Positions 26,761 through 34,624 of a DNA stretch of 64,000 nt are shown one piece after another. How positions within the stretch are numbered: the stretch's first letter is position 1; each line of letters opens with the position of its first letter. Origin of the DNA: an uncultured bacterium (lineage in GTDB: Bacteria; Hydrothermota; Tepidihabitantia; Tepidihabitantales; Tepidihabitantaceae). The notes beneath the pieces were generated by a model. That model was not told where the DNA came from, searched no databases, and saw only the letters and a list, made by a program, of their open reading frames with translations. The position numbers were made by a program, and so were the translations under genes. The stretch spans positions 2,944 through 66,943 of the forward strand of contig CAZVDD010000020.1 in assembly GCA_964626075.1 (NCBI GenBank), given 5' to 3'.

Positions 26761-28413
26761 CTATCTGATAACAGTTAATCTTCCAATACCCTCTTCCTTA
26801 ACCCCCTCATCTTCCAGTTCCACAACATAAAAATACATCCCGCTCGTCACCGGCTGGCCCCGGGAATTCTTTAAATCCCAGAAAGCAGCGCGATGGGTGC
26901 GGTTAATCTCCGTCTCTTTATCAAGAACCCGAACCGGCTCGCCCGCGATATTGTAAATCTTAACCTTAAATTGAGGATATTTATTTGCCAGCCGGGCGCT
27001 ATCGGTTGGCGTGTAGACAATCGTTGCCTGGCGGTTGCCCTTGGGAGGGATTACCGGATTAGGAAAAGAGTACACCAGTCCTAAAAAAAGAGGTGCAATC
27101 CGCAAAAGTGCCGTCATATTATCCCCGGACGGTGAAATCTTCTCAATCACCACCCCGCTCTGCACCCCATCGTAAAATGCGGTTGAAGGGGTGGTAAAGT
27201 TGCTGACCCCGGTGTCGCTTTCCTTCCACAACTGCGCATCACCTCCCCGGTCATTTGGTCCCAGGGCAAAATTGGGTGAACGGTCGGCGCGCAGAATTCC
27301 CACTAAGGGGTGCTGTTCGTTATCGTTACTGGGCTGTGACTCGTCAATGTGCAAAATCAATAGCCCGCTACCAGGCAAGCCCCGGTCAAAACCGATGCGC
27401 TGCCGGTTTTCCACCAGAAAGTACTCGCCGCTACCGGTCCCTGCCCCACTCCAATCAACGCCCCCGGGATTACTCAAAATCCGGAAGCATGCCGGCTGTC
27501 GGGCGGTGGCAGTAATCGAAGCGAAAAGCGAATCAACCCCGCCCTTTTCGATTGACTCCGGTCTTACCCAGCCCAGAAGATACTTCCCCCAGGAACAGAT
27601 GTGAACCGGTGAGCTGCCATAAGGTTCCGACTCATTTACCCTTGCCCAGCCGCCCCCTGCCATCAAACAGAAAATCCCCAGACCCGAACTTGAATAGTCT
27701 GTGTCATAAAGGTCCGGCAACCCAAGAATGTGCCCAAACTCATGACAGAAAACCCCGATCGTTATCAGTGAACCATCCTGAAAACGCTCGGGCTGAATTG
27801 AAAAAACATCAACCTGCACGCCGTCCTGTGTCTGTACCGGACCTGGTGAACCAAACACCGGATCAGACAGCTGCCACTTGTGGGACCAGATATCCTGGCG
27901 GGAACCGGTCTCCTCTGCACCAGGACCAGCGTGAATTAACATCAGACCATCAACAAACCCATCACCATCGCCATCGTAGCGGGAAAAGTCAACCCAATTG
28001 TCAACCGCCAACACCACATCGCGCACCAGCCCCTGGCTGTTGCGGGGAAAAGTCCCATAGATGCCAAACGAGTCCCCAAGATAATAGGAATAGGGGTTGC
28101 CCAAACGGACCCAATCAACAACCTCGCCCGTCACCGTCAACCCGCCGTAACTCACCTCAGAAAAGTAATCTCTCATTGAAAAATTACCGGTACCAAACAG
28201 CAGCTGTTCAAACTCTCCTTTACTGTGTTGTTGAGGCTTGTCACTGAAGTCGACCAACAGCACCAGAAACCGCCGGGGCTCGTCGGTAAGCGCCCGGACC
28301 CTTTCCGGCTTTTCCAGTTGACCGGGAAATCGCAGCTTAACGGTGTTCCCGGGCATTGGTGGCATCGCGCCTAAGCCGCCGAACAGCAGCGTCCCCAGTA
28401 CCAAGAGCCGCAT
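26761..28413 (-). CDS. secreted M6-like (immune inhibitor A family) metalloprotease with a T9SS/FlgD-like C-terminal domain; start uncertain
   Basis: HEFGHILGLPDLYD zinc motif. Signal-like MRLLVLGTLLFGG if the start is ATG 28413 (the ORF track gives an upstream TTG at 28458). The C-terminal beta-sandwich tail reads KIYNIAGEPVRVL...GMYFYVVE. Confidence 0.8.
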   Translation of the reverse strand: MRLLVLGTLLFGGLGAMPPMPGNTVKLRFPGQLEKPERVRALTDEPRRFLVLLVDFSDKPQQHSKGEFEQLLFGTGNFSMRDYFSEVSYGGLTVTGEVVDWVRLGNPYSYYLGDSFGIYGTFPRNSQGLVRDVVLAVDNWVDFSRYDGDGDGFVDGLMLIHAGPGAEETGSRQDIWSHKWQLSDPVFGSPGPVQTQDGVQVDVFSIQPERFQDGSLITIGVFCHEFGHILGLPDLYDTDYSSSGLGIFCLMAGGGWARVNESEPYGSSPVHICSWGKYLLGWVRPESIEKGGVDSLFASITATARQPACFRILSNPGGVDWSGAGTGSGEYFLVENRQRIGFDRGLPGSGLLILHIDESQPSNDNEQHPLVGILRADRSPNFALGPNDRGGDAQLWKESDTGVSNFTTPSTAFYDGVQSGVVIEKISPSGDNMTALLRIAPLFLGLVYSFPNPVIPPKGNRQATIVYTPTDSARLANKYPQFKVKIYNIAGEPVRVLDKETEINRTHRAAFWDLKNSRGQPVTSGMYFYVVELEDEGVKEEGIGRLTVIR

Positions 28414-28430
28414 CTGTGACCGATTTAACT

Positions 28431-28778
28431 TTAGGAGTCGCCTTTGACCATCGAGCAACCGCCCTCAAAAACACAGCCCGGTTGAATCACCAGTTCCCGG
28501 CAGGTGATATTGCCAAATACCTGGGCACCGCTTTGCAACTCAACCCGCTCACTGGCAAATATATTACCTTCTACTTTGCCGGCAATAACCGCACCCTGAC
28601 AATGGACCTCACCCTTGAAAAATGAACGGGGCCCGGTAAGAAATGTGTCAGCAACATCAACCCGGCCCTCAATCTGACCGTCAAGCCGCAGCCCCCCGGC
28701 AACCCGAAAATCACCCTTGACCGTTGTTTCGCCACCGACAATCGTGTCCAGTTTCCCTGCTGACTTTTCTTTTGACAT
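28431..28778 (-). CDS. bactofilin
   Basis: Repetitive beta-helix pattern (TTVKGDFRVAGGLRLDGQIEGRV...GKVEGNIFASERVELQSGAQVFGNI) typical of DUF583/bactofilin. Start taken at ATG 28778. Confidence 0.85.
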   Translation of the reverse strand: MSKEKSAGKLDTIVGGETTVKGDFRVAGGLRLDGQIEGRVDVADTFLTGPRSFFKGEVHCQGAVIAGKVEGNIFASERVELQSGAQVFGNITCRELVIQPGCVFEGGCSMVKGDS

Positions 28779-28784
28779 CAAGTT

Positions 28785-28812
28785 AGTATAACCCCTTGAA
28801 CGAATTTGTCAA
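28785..28812 (-). promoter_or_regulatory. sigma-70-type promoter abutting the bactofilin start (implies a leaderless mRNA)
   Basis: On the minus strand: TTGACA (28812-28807), 16-nt spacer, TATACT (28790-28785). ATG 28778 lies 6 nt downstream. Confidence 0.6.
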
Positions 28813-29162
28813 AACGACGTCCTGGTTAAACCGGATGTCTGTGCTTTACCCTGCACCCGTAATATTTATGAGCCCGTTAAAATAGAAAATTAACGGGGAA
28901 TATTGTCGTTGCCACGCTAACAAACAGGTTTGTAAACAGTTAGAAAAATTTACCCGGCGCGCCCGGGGTATACCTCGATACTGTTCCCGGGTTCGTCCCT
29001 GATAGACTACATTATGCCACCAGCACCCGAATCAAGATATTCACCTCGGTCAGTCCGGCACCCCGAAACTCCGCTTCTCTAATCGCTTCAGAATCCTTAT
29101 CAAACCACCTCACCCTGTTTACTTTTGTTCTCAGGTGGTTATCAGAACTGGCGCCCTGTCCG

Positions 29163-30353
29163 CTAATCCACCTGGACAATCAGGCAACGTAAATACTCTG
29201 ATTCCGGCATCTGGGGCAGAACCGGATGGTCTGGACCCTGTTGCGAACGGTCAAGAATCACAAATGTCCGATTCACCTCCTGCGCTGCCCGAGCAATCAC
29301 ATCCAGCAGGTCCTGCCAGAAAAGGTAATGCGAGCACGAGGATGAGACCAGAATGCCACCTGGGGTTAACAGTTTCAGCGCCAGCCGGTTTAACTTCAGG
29401 TAACCGTTAATACCCGTCTTTTTCTGCTTCTGTGCTTTGATGAACGCCGGCGGGTCCAAATTTATCAGTTCAAACCGTTCGCCTTTACGCAGTAAATCAC
29501 GCATGTATTCAAACGCATCCGCCACGACAAATTCACATTTCTCCGCCACGCCATTGAGCCGGGCGTTGCGCTCGGCAAGCGCACAAGCCGCTGCCGAGAT
29601 GTCAACCGCCTTTATCTCCTTTGCCCCACCCCAGGCAGCGTTGATGGCAAATGAGCCGGTGTAACAAAACACATCCAGCACCCGGCGGTTCTTTGCCAGT
29701 TTCCTCACCTTGAGGCGGGTAAGACGATGGTCAAAGAAGTAACCTGTTTTTTGCCCTTCCGCGATGTTGACATAAAACCGCAAACCGTTTTCCGAGATAA
29801 CCAAATCGGGCTGGGGTGTGCCATAGAGCAACCGCTCGCGGCGCTCCAGACCTTCGGGTTCCCGCAGTTTGATGTCGTCTTTTTCAAAAATAGCGGCCAC
29901 ATCAAACAGGTCGAGCAGCGCCCGCGTCACCAGGTCCAGGCGGTTGTCAAAACCGGCGGCATAAACCTGGACCGCAAAGTGCGAACCGTACTTGTCAATC
30001 ACCAGCCCTGGTAACCAGTCACTCTCCCCGAACACCAGCCGGAAGTCGTTCTCGCCCGGTAGTTTCTTCTTGCGCAGTTGATACGCTTGCTCAAGCCGGC
30101 GGCGCACCAGATGTTCATTTAGTTCCTCATCACCGGTTGAGTAAAGCCGAACCGCAATCAAAGAACGGGGATTAAACATCCCGCAACCGATAAACTTACC
30201 CCGGTCAAAAACCTTGACTAAATCACCCATCTCCGGGTTCTTTTCGGTTCTAACAATCTCGTTGGAATATATCCAGAGATGGTCGGCACGATTACGCTTT
30301 CGTGCCGCGTAGACCGTTTTAGTGGGCACTTTCCGGTTCCGAATGACAGGCAA
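29163..30353 (-). CDS. rlmI: class I SAM-dependent rRNA (cytosine-C5) methyltransferase, RlmI-like (PUA + MTase)
   Basis: 396 aa with VLDVFCYTGSF and NLDPPAF motifs of the COG1092 family. Confidence 0.75.
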   Translation of the reverse strand: MPVIRNRKVPTKTVYAARKRNRADHLWIYSNEIVRTEKNPEMGDLVKVFDRGKFIGCGMFNPRSLIAVRLYSTGDEELNEHLVRRRLEQAYQLRKKKLPGENDFRLVFGESDWLPGLVIDKYGSHFAVQVYAAGFDNRLDLVTRALLDLFDVAAIFEKDDIKLREPEGLERRERLLYGTPQPDLVISENGLRFYVNIAEGQKTGYFFDHRLTRLKVRKLAKNRRVLDVFCYTGSFAINAAWGGAKEIKAVDISAAACALAERNARLNGVAEKCEFVVADAFEYMRDLLRKGERFELINLDPPAFIKAQKQKKTGINGYLKLNRLALKLLTPGGILVSSSCSHYLFWQDLLDVIARAAQEVNRTFVILDRSQQGPDHPVLPQMPESEYLRCLIVQVD

Positions 30354-31962
30354 CCACCGTTATCTGCCCGAGGTCATCCACTGTGTACAGTACCCGATAC
30401 ATCACTCCCGTAGTTATCTGACATTCGCCGCGCCCGGGCAAAAGCACCAGCGCCGGATTGGTCTCAGGAACAAACCCCTTTTCGCTAAAAGTGAACGCTG
30501 TCGGTTCGGAAACAAAAATCGGTTGTGGGTTACCTTCGCCAAAAGGTGCCAGTTCTACCACATCCCGCTCAAATTTATTCAGGGGTAAAAAACCATCGGC
30601 AAACGGCATCAACTCCCGAACAATCTTCGGGGCAAAGTTGGTGTGGGCAAAGCGTTCTGCCGCCCGGATAAAATCGGCAACATTCTCCTCCTTAATTGAA
30701 AAACCTGCTGCCTTCTTGTGGCCACCGTAGTCGATAAAGTAGTTACGCATCGCCCGCAACAAATCCATTAAATCAACACCATCCATCCCGCGACACTCAC
30801 CAACCCAGACATCACCCCGTCGACCGATAACAATTGCTGGTACCCCGTACCTTTCCCGCAACCGCGCCGCGCTGAAACCCAGCGCCCGTAACGACAGGTC
30901 CGGGTGTTGCACAAAAAGTATCCCGTCACCGAGCCTGACATTCGCGCTCGCCAGGGCAAATGTTTTCTCCGCCTCCTCACGCCACATCTGACTGCGCACC
31001 ACCAGTTCCTTAACCCACTCTTCCGCAACCGCCGGGTCCTGGTTAAGAAAATGGCGCACCCCGTCTGCACCGTTCGCCGATGCAAACAGGGGCAAAAGTT
31101 CGGCAAGAAATCCGCTGACCGTAAAACCCTGGGGCGGAAAGTTTATCGACCGCAGCACCGCACGCACCGCCGGTATACCGGTCTTTTCCAGCTGGCGCAA
31201 TCCGTGTTTTACCAGCACCCGATTTTCACCGATGAGTGATGCCCGGTCTGCGATTGTCCCGAGTGTCGCTAAAACAAGCGCATCCTGATAAACGGAAAAG
31301 AACTCCGCAGCGGAAAATCCCAGTTTCTCCTTTACCAGTCCCAGCGCCAGTTTCAGCGCCACCCCGACCCCGGTCAGATTGGTATCCGGGTAGTCGGAAT
31401 CCAGCCGCTTTGGGTCAACCGTGGCAACCGCACCGGGCAACGGGTCAATAACCTCATGATGGTCGGTTACAACTACATCGACCCCAACTCTCTTCAATTC
31501 CGCAACATCCTGGTGGTTTGTGATACCGCAATCAACCGTAATTATCAACCGGACTTCGTTTGCCCCGGCACCTTCGATATACCGATAATCAAGCCCGTGT
31601 TTGTCTTTGCCTTTAACCGGAATGTAATACCTTGCCTTTGCCTGAAGCCCGCTAAGCACCTGATAGAGCAAAACTGTCGCCGTTATTCCATCCAGGTCGT
31701 CGTGCCCCCAGATAAGTACGGTCTCTTTTTTTTCTATCGCCTGAAAAATCCGGTCTCGTGCCAGTTCAAAGTCGGGCAAAAGCTCCGGAGGATGTAAATG
31801 GGTAAAATTCGGGTTGAGCCACATTTCAGCGTCGGTCCGGTCCTTTACACCCCGCAACACCAGCAATCGGGCAAGAGGCTCGGAAATTTTTAACTCCTGA
31901 ACCAGCGCCTTAACCCGTTCCTCATCAACCGGCTTAACAGGCCAGACCGTGCTACTCATCAC
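30319..31962 (-). CDS. RecJ-like DHH/DHHA1 phosphoesterase (paralog 1, inside the envelope operon)
   Basis: GHDDLDG, VDCG, VVTDHHE and YGGHKKAAG motifs. No signal peptide. Confidence 0.8.
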   Translation of the reverse strand: MMSSTVWPVKPVDEERVKALVQELKISEPLARLLVLRGVKDRTDAEMWLNPNFTHLHPPELLPDFELARDRIFQAIEKKETVLIWGHDDLDGITATVLLYQVLSGLQAKARYYIPVKGKDKHGLDYRYIEGAGANEVRLIITVDCGITNHQDVAELKRVGVDVVVTDHHEVIDPLPGAVATVDPKRLDSDYPDTNLTGVGVALKLALGLVKEKLGFSAAEFFSVYQDALVLATLGTIADRASLIGENRVLVKHGLRQLEKTGIPAVRAVLRSINFPPQGFTVSGFLAELLPLFASANGADGVRHFLNQDPAVAEEWVKELVVRSQMWREEAEKTFALASANVRLGDGILFVQHPDLSLRALGFSAARLRERYGVPAIVIGRRGDVWVGECRGMDGVDLMDLLRAMRNYFIDYGGHKKAAGFSIKEENVADFIRAAERFAHTNFAPKIVRELMPFADGFLPLNKFERDVVELAPFGEGNPQPIFVSEPTAFTFSEKGFVPETNPALVLLPGRGECQITTGVMYRVLYTVDDLGQITVVACHSEPESAH

Positions 31963-31967
31963 CTCGG

Positions 31968-33500
31968 TTAATGGTCAATCAACACGATACGGCCCTCAAT
32001 CTGGGCATCAACCGGCGAATGGCGCCGGATATAGTCGGCAATAACATCGCGCAATGGCAGATAACTGTCTTCGATATCCTGTCCCTCGGCAAAAATCCGA
32101 TAATCGCCACTGCCTGCCGCAAGGTACGAATTGGTCGCCACGGTGTAAACCCGGTTACTATCCAGCGGCTCCCCATTGACAAGCACCGAAACCACCCGTT
32201 CGCCAATCGGCCTCTTTTTTGTGTAGCGCATCTTTACACCGGAAACCTGAAATATCGCATGGTGTCCGTTAACTGAAACCTCAAGCATCTCTTTGACCTG
32301 CTTCCCGGTCCACTTTCCGGTCACCACCGTATTACCAAAAACATCAACCTGATAGACGTGCCGGTAACTAACCGGGCCTGCTGGAATGTTTGCCCTGATA
32401 CCTGCCGAATTGTGGATGGCGATGTCGGTGTTGAACCGCTCGCGCATCGCATCGGTTATCAAATTGCCCGCTGGTGTCTCGATAAAACCACCCCGGGTCA
32501 GTTCCCTTTTACAGTAGCCTAAAACCTCATCAAAACCCTTTTCCGCTACCGCGCGCACCGAATCAAGATGTCGGGCATAAATCAAATCCCGGGGAATCTC
32601 GTCACCTAAGAGGTCAATCAGTTTTCCCTGATATCCAACAATCTGGCGGGTCTTGAGGTCAAAACTGATGTCCAGAACCCCAACCGTACTCAACTTTGAA
32701 TACGCCTGCTGGATAATCGTATGGTTTTTCGGACTCTCATAAGGTGGTTTCACACCGGTGTGGCTGTGCGCGCCGATGATGATGTCAACACCCGGGACCG
32801 AATCGGCAAAACGCTGGTCATGGCTATACCCGATGTGGTTCAGTGCCACGACAATATCCGCGCCTTGGTCTTGCAACCGTTTCACCTCCTCGCGGGCAAC
32901 CTCGTAGTAAGGCAAAATCGATAGGTTACCAATCAAAGATTCGTTGACCATCCCGTAAAGGTACTTGGTCAAGACCCCCAGCAGTCCGATTTTCACCCCG
33001 CCCCGTTCAAAAATCGCGCTGGTTACCAAAAAACCGGGCGCGGTATCGGTCCCTTTAACCCGGACATTGGTCGCAACCCAGGGAATTTGTGAACTGTCCA
33101 CCAGCTCCTTCAAAACCCACCATCCCATATCAAAGTCGTGGTTCCCGGGTGCAACCGCATCGTAACCGGCCCGCCGGAAAAAGTCCACCACCGCCTGACC
33201 CCGGGTAAAGTCGCCAACCGGAGTTCCTTTAAATATATCGCCGCCATCAAGGAGTAAAAATCCAAACCCATTACGCACCGCCGAATCCCGTAACTCCCGA
33301 ATCACCGTCATCGCGCCACTGGCATTGGCAAGTGGGGGCGGAAAATTCTTATCCAGCCAGTATGCTTCTCCGGGCAAAAGGGCACCGTGAATATCGTTCG
33401 TATGGACAATAAATATATGCTGGACCTGACTAAAGCCAAAAGCAACTAAGATTAAGAAAAGCGCTATCCCCCGCAAAACATTGCTCTCCTTAAAACTCAT
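31968..33500 (-). CDS. secreted bifunctional metallophosphatase / 5'-nucleotidase (UshA-like)
   Basis: Signal peptide. HTNDIHG, GGDIFKG, GNHDFD and GAHSH motifs, plus a C-terminal nucleotidase domain. Confidence 0.85.
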   Translation of the reverse strand: MSFKESNVLRGIALFLILVAFGFSQVQHIFIVHTNDIHGALLPGEAYWLDKNFPPPLANASGAMTVIRELRDSAVRNGFGFLLLDGGDIFKGTPVGDFTRGQAVVDFFRRAGYDAVAPGNHDFDMGWWVLKELVDSSQIPWVATNVRVKGTDTAPGFLVTSAIFERGGVKIGLLGVLTKYLYGMVNESLIGNLSILPYYEVAREEVKRLQDQGADIVVALNHIGYSHDQRFADSVPGVDIIIGAHSHTGVKPPYESPKNHTIIQQAYSKLSTVGVLDISFDLKTRQIVGYQGKLIDLLGDEIPRDLIYARHLDSVRAVAEKGFDEVLGYCKRELTRGGFIETPAGNLITDAMRERFNTDIAIHNSAGIRANIPAGPVSYRHVYQVDVFGNTVVTGKWTGKQVKEMLEVSVNGHHAIFQVSGVKMRYTKKRPIGERVVSVLVNGEPLDSNRVYTVATNSYLAAGSGDYRIFAEGQDIEDSYLPLRDVIADYIRRHSPVDAQIEGRIVLIDH

Positions 33501-34614
33501 ACTCCATGCCGGTTCTCAAGTTAAATTTCGTCTCGTACGCCCGAAAATCAGCATCCTCAGGAATTAAAGCAAAATCGCTTGCGTTGAGCGCCTCCCGGTT
33601 TAAATTACCGTCAAGGTTAATCCGGTATCGGCCCGCATTAAAACCGAGCCCGAACAGCGCCTCAACCCGATGCACCGTTGGGTCCGTAAAGAGTGGACGC
33701 AGCCCAAACCCGTAACGCAGCCGAACCGAGTTCAGCATGATATGCTCAACGGTCGTCTGAACATAAATCACATTGTGGAAGCCCGGGTAGATTTCAGACC
33801 AGGCTTCGGTACCGACAACCAGTTTAACCTGTGATGGCAGTTGCCCCGGCGCCTGATAGTTCAACTCAACCTCTCCGCGCCCCGGATAACCCTTGAGGTC
33901 AAAACTGTCCGGACCGTTAAACCGCAACCGGCTCTGATAACTCAAACCGGCACTGAACCGCAACAACGGCGCTACCGTTAAGCCGGCGTTCCAGCCTAGA
34001 CCTTTCGGACCGCTCTTGACGGAAAAATTGACGGTATCCAATCCCCGAACCATTGTACTCTTAAGTTCCCGTTCACCCCAGGCGTAGCAAAATCCCGCAC
34101 CCAGCGCAATAAACTTTATCGGCTTAAACGCCGCGGCAATGTTACCCGAATAGAGAAACCCGCCCTGCTCGAGCCGGTCTTCACCAATTTTAACATAAAA
34201 CTCGTCCCGGTACTCCTTCAAATAGCGGTAATGGAAGTCACGCACCGGTGCAAGCCCCGCGCCCAGCGCAAATCGACGAAACGGATAAACAATTGAAACT
34301 GGTCCCGGCACCCAGTTAAAACCAATATTGTCCGCAAACACCGCTTCACCAATTGTATTCTCAAACTGGTCATACACATACCGCACCCGTTGCTCTGAAA
34401 CATACCTCAGCCCCCAGTTGACACTGACCCGGGGCGCCACCGCAAGTTCGCCGCGACCGGCTAAATCGGCCGGGTTCAGGAAAACCCCATCAGGAGTTGG
34501 TCTTAACCATTCTCCAAGATAATCTCGCATCGGAATGGTCGGCGTGGCAAAACCGACCAACACCATCACCAGCACCCCAATCAAACAACATCGATGGCGA
34601 TATATTCTTATCAA
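33490..34614 (-). CDS. hypothetical outer-membrane beta-barrel protein
   Basis: Signal/TM N-terminus, alternating beta-strand pattern, C-terminal ...GMEYEF (terminal aromatic residue). Confidence 0.6.
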   Translation of the reverse strand: MIRIYRHRCCLIGVLVMVLVGFATPTIPMRDYLGEWLRPTPDGVFLNPADLAGRGELAVAPRVSVNWGLRYVSEQRVRYVYDQFENTIGEAVFADNIGFNWVPGPVSIVYPFRRFALGAGLAPVRDFHYRYLKEYRDEFYVKIGEDRLEQGGFLYSGNIAAAFKPIKFIALGAGFCYAWGERELKSTMVRGLDTVNFSVKSGPKGLGWNAGLTVAPLLRFSAGLSYQSRLRFNGPDSFDLKGYPGRGEVELNYQAPGQLPSQVKLVVGTEAWSEIYPGFHNVIYVQTTVEHIMLNSVRLRYGFGLRPLFTDPTVHRVEALFGLGFNAGRYRINLDGNLNREALNASDFALIPEDADFRAYETKFNLRTGMEYEF

Positions 34615-34624
34615 TTTTCACCCC

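Noticed and set aside
28981-29165. A possible degenerate third copy of the repeat upstream of the bactofilin-M6 operon. It shares the 10-mer CTGTTCCCGG and the short strings GGTGGT, TCAGAACTG and CTAATCC.
   Set aside because: Only short, scattered matches are present and no colinear alignment can be made. Exact 10-mer matches are expected by chance at this search size.
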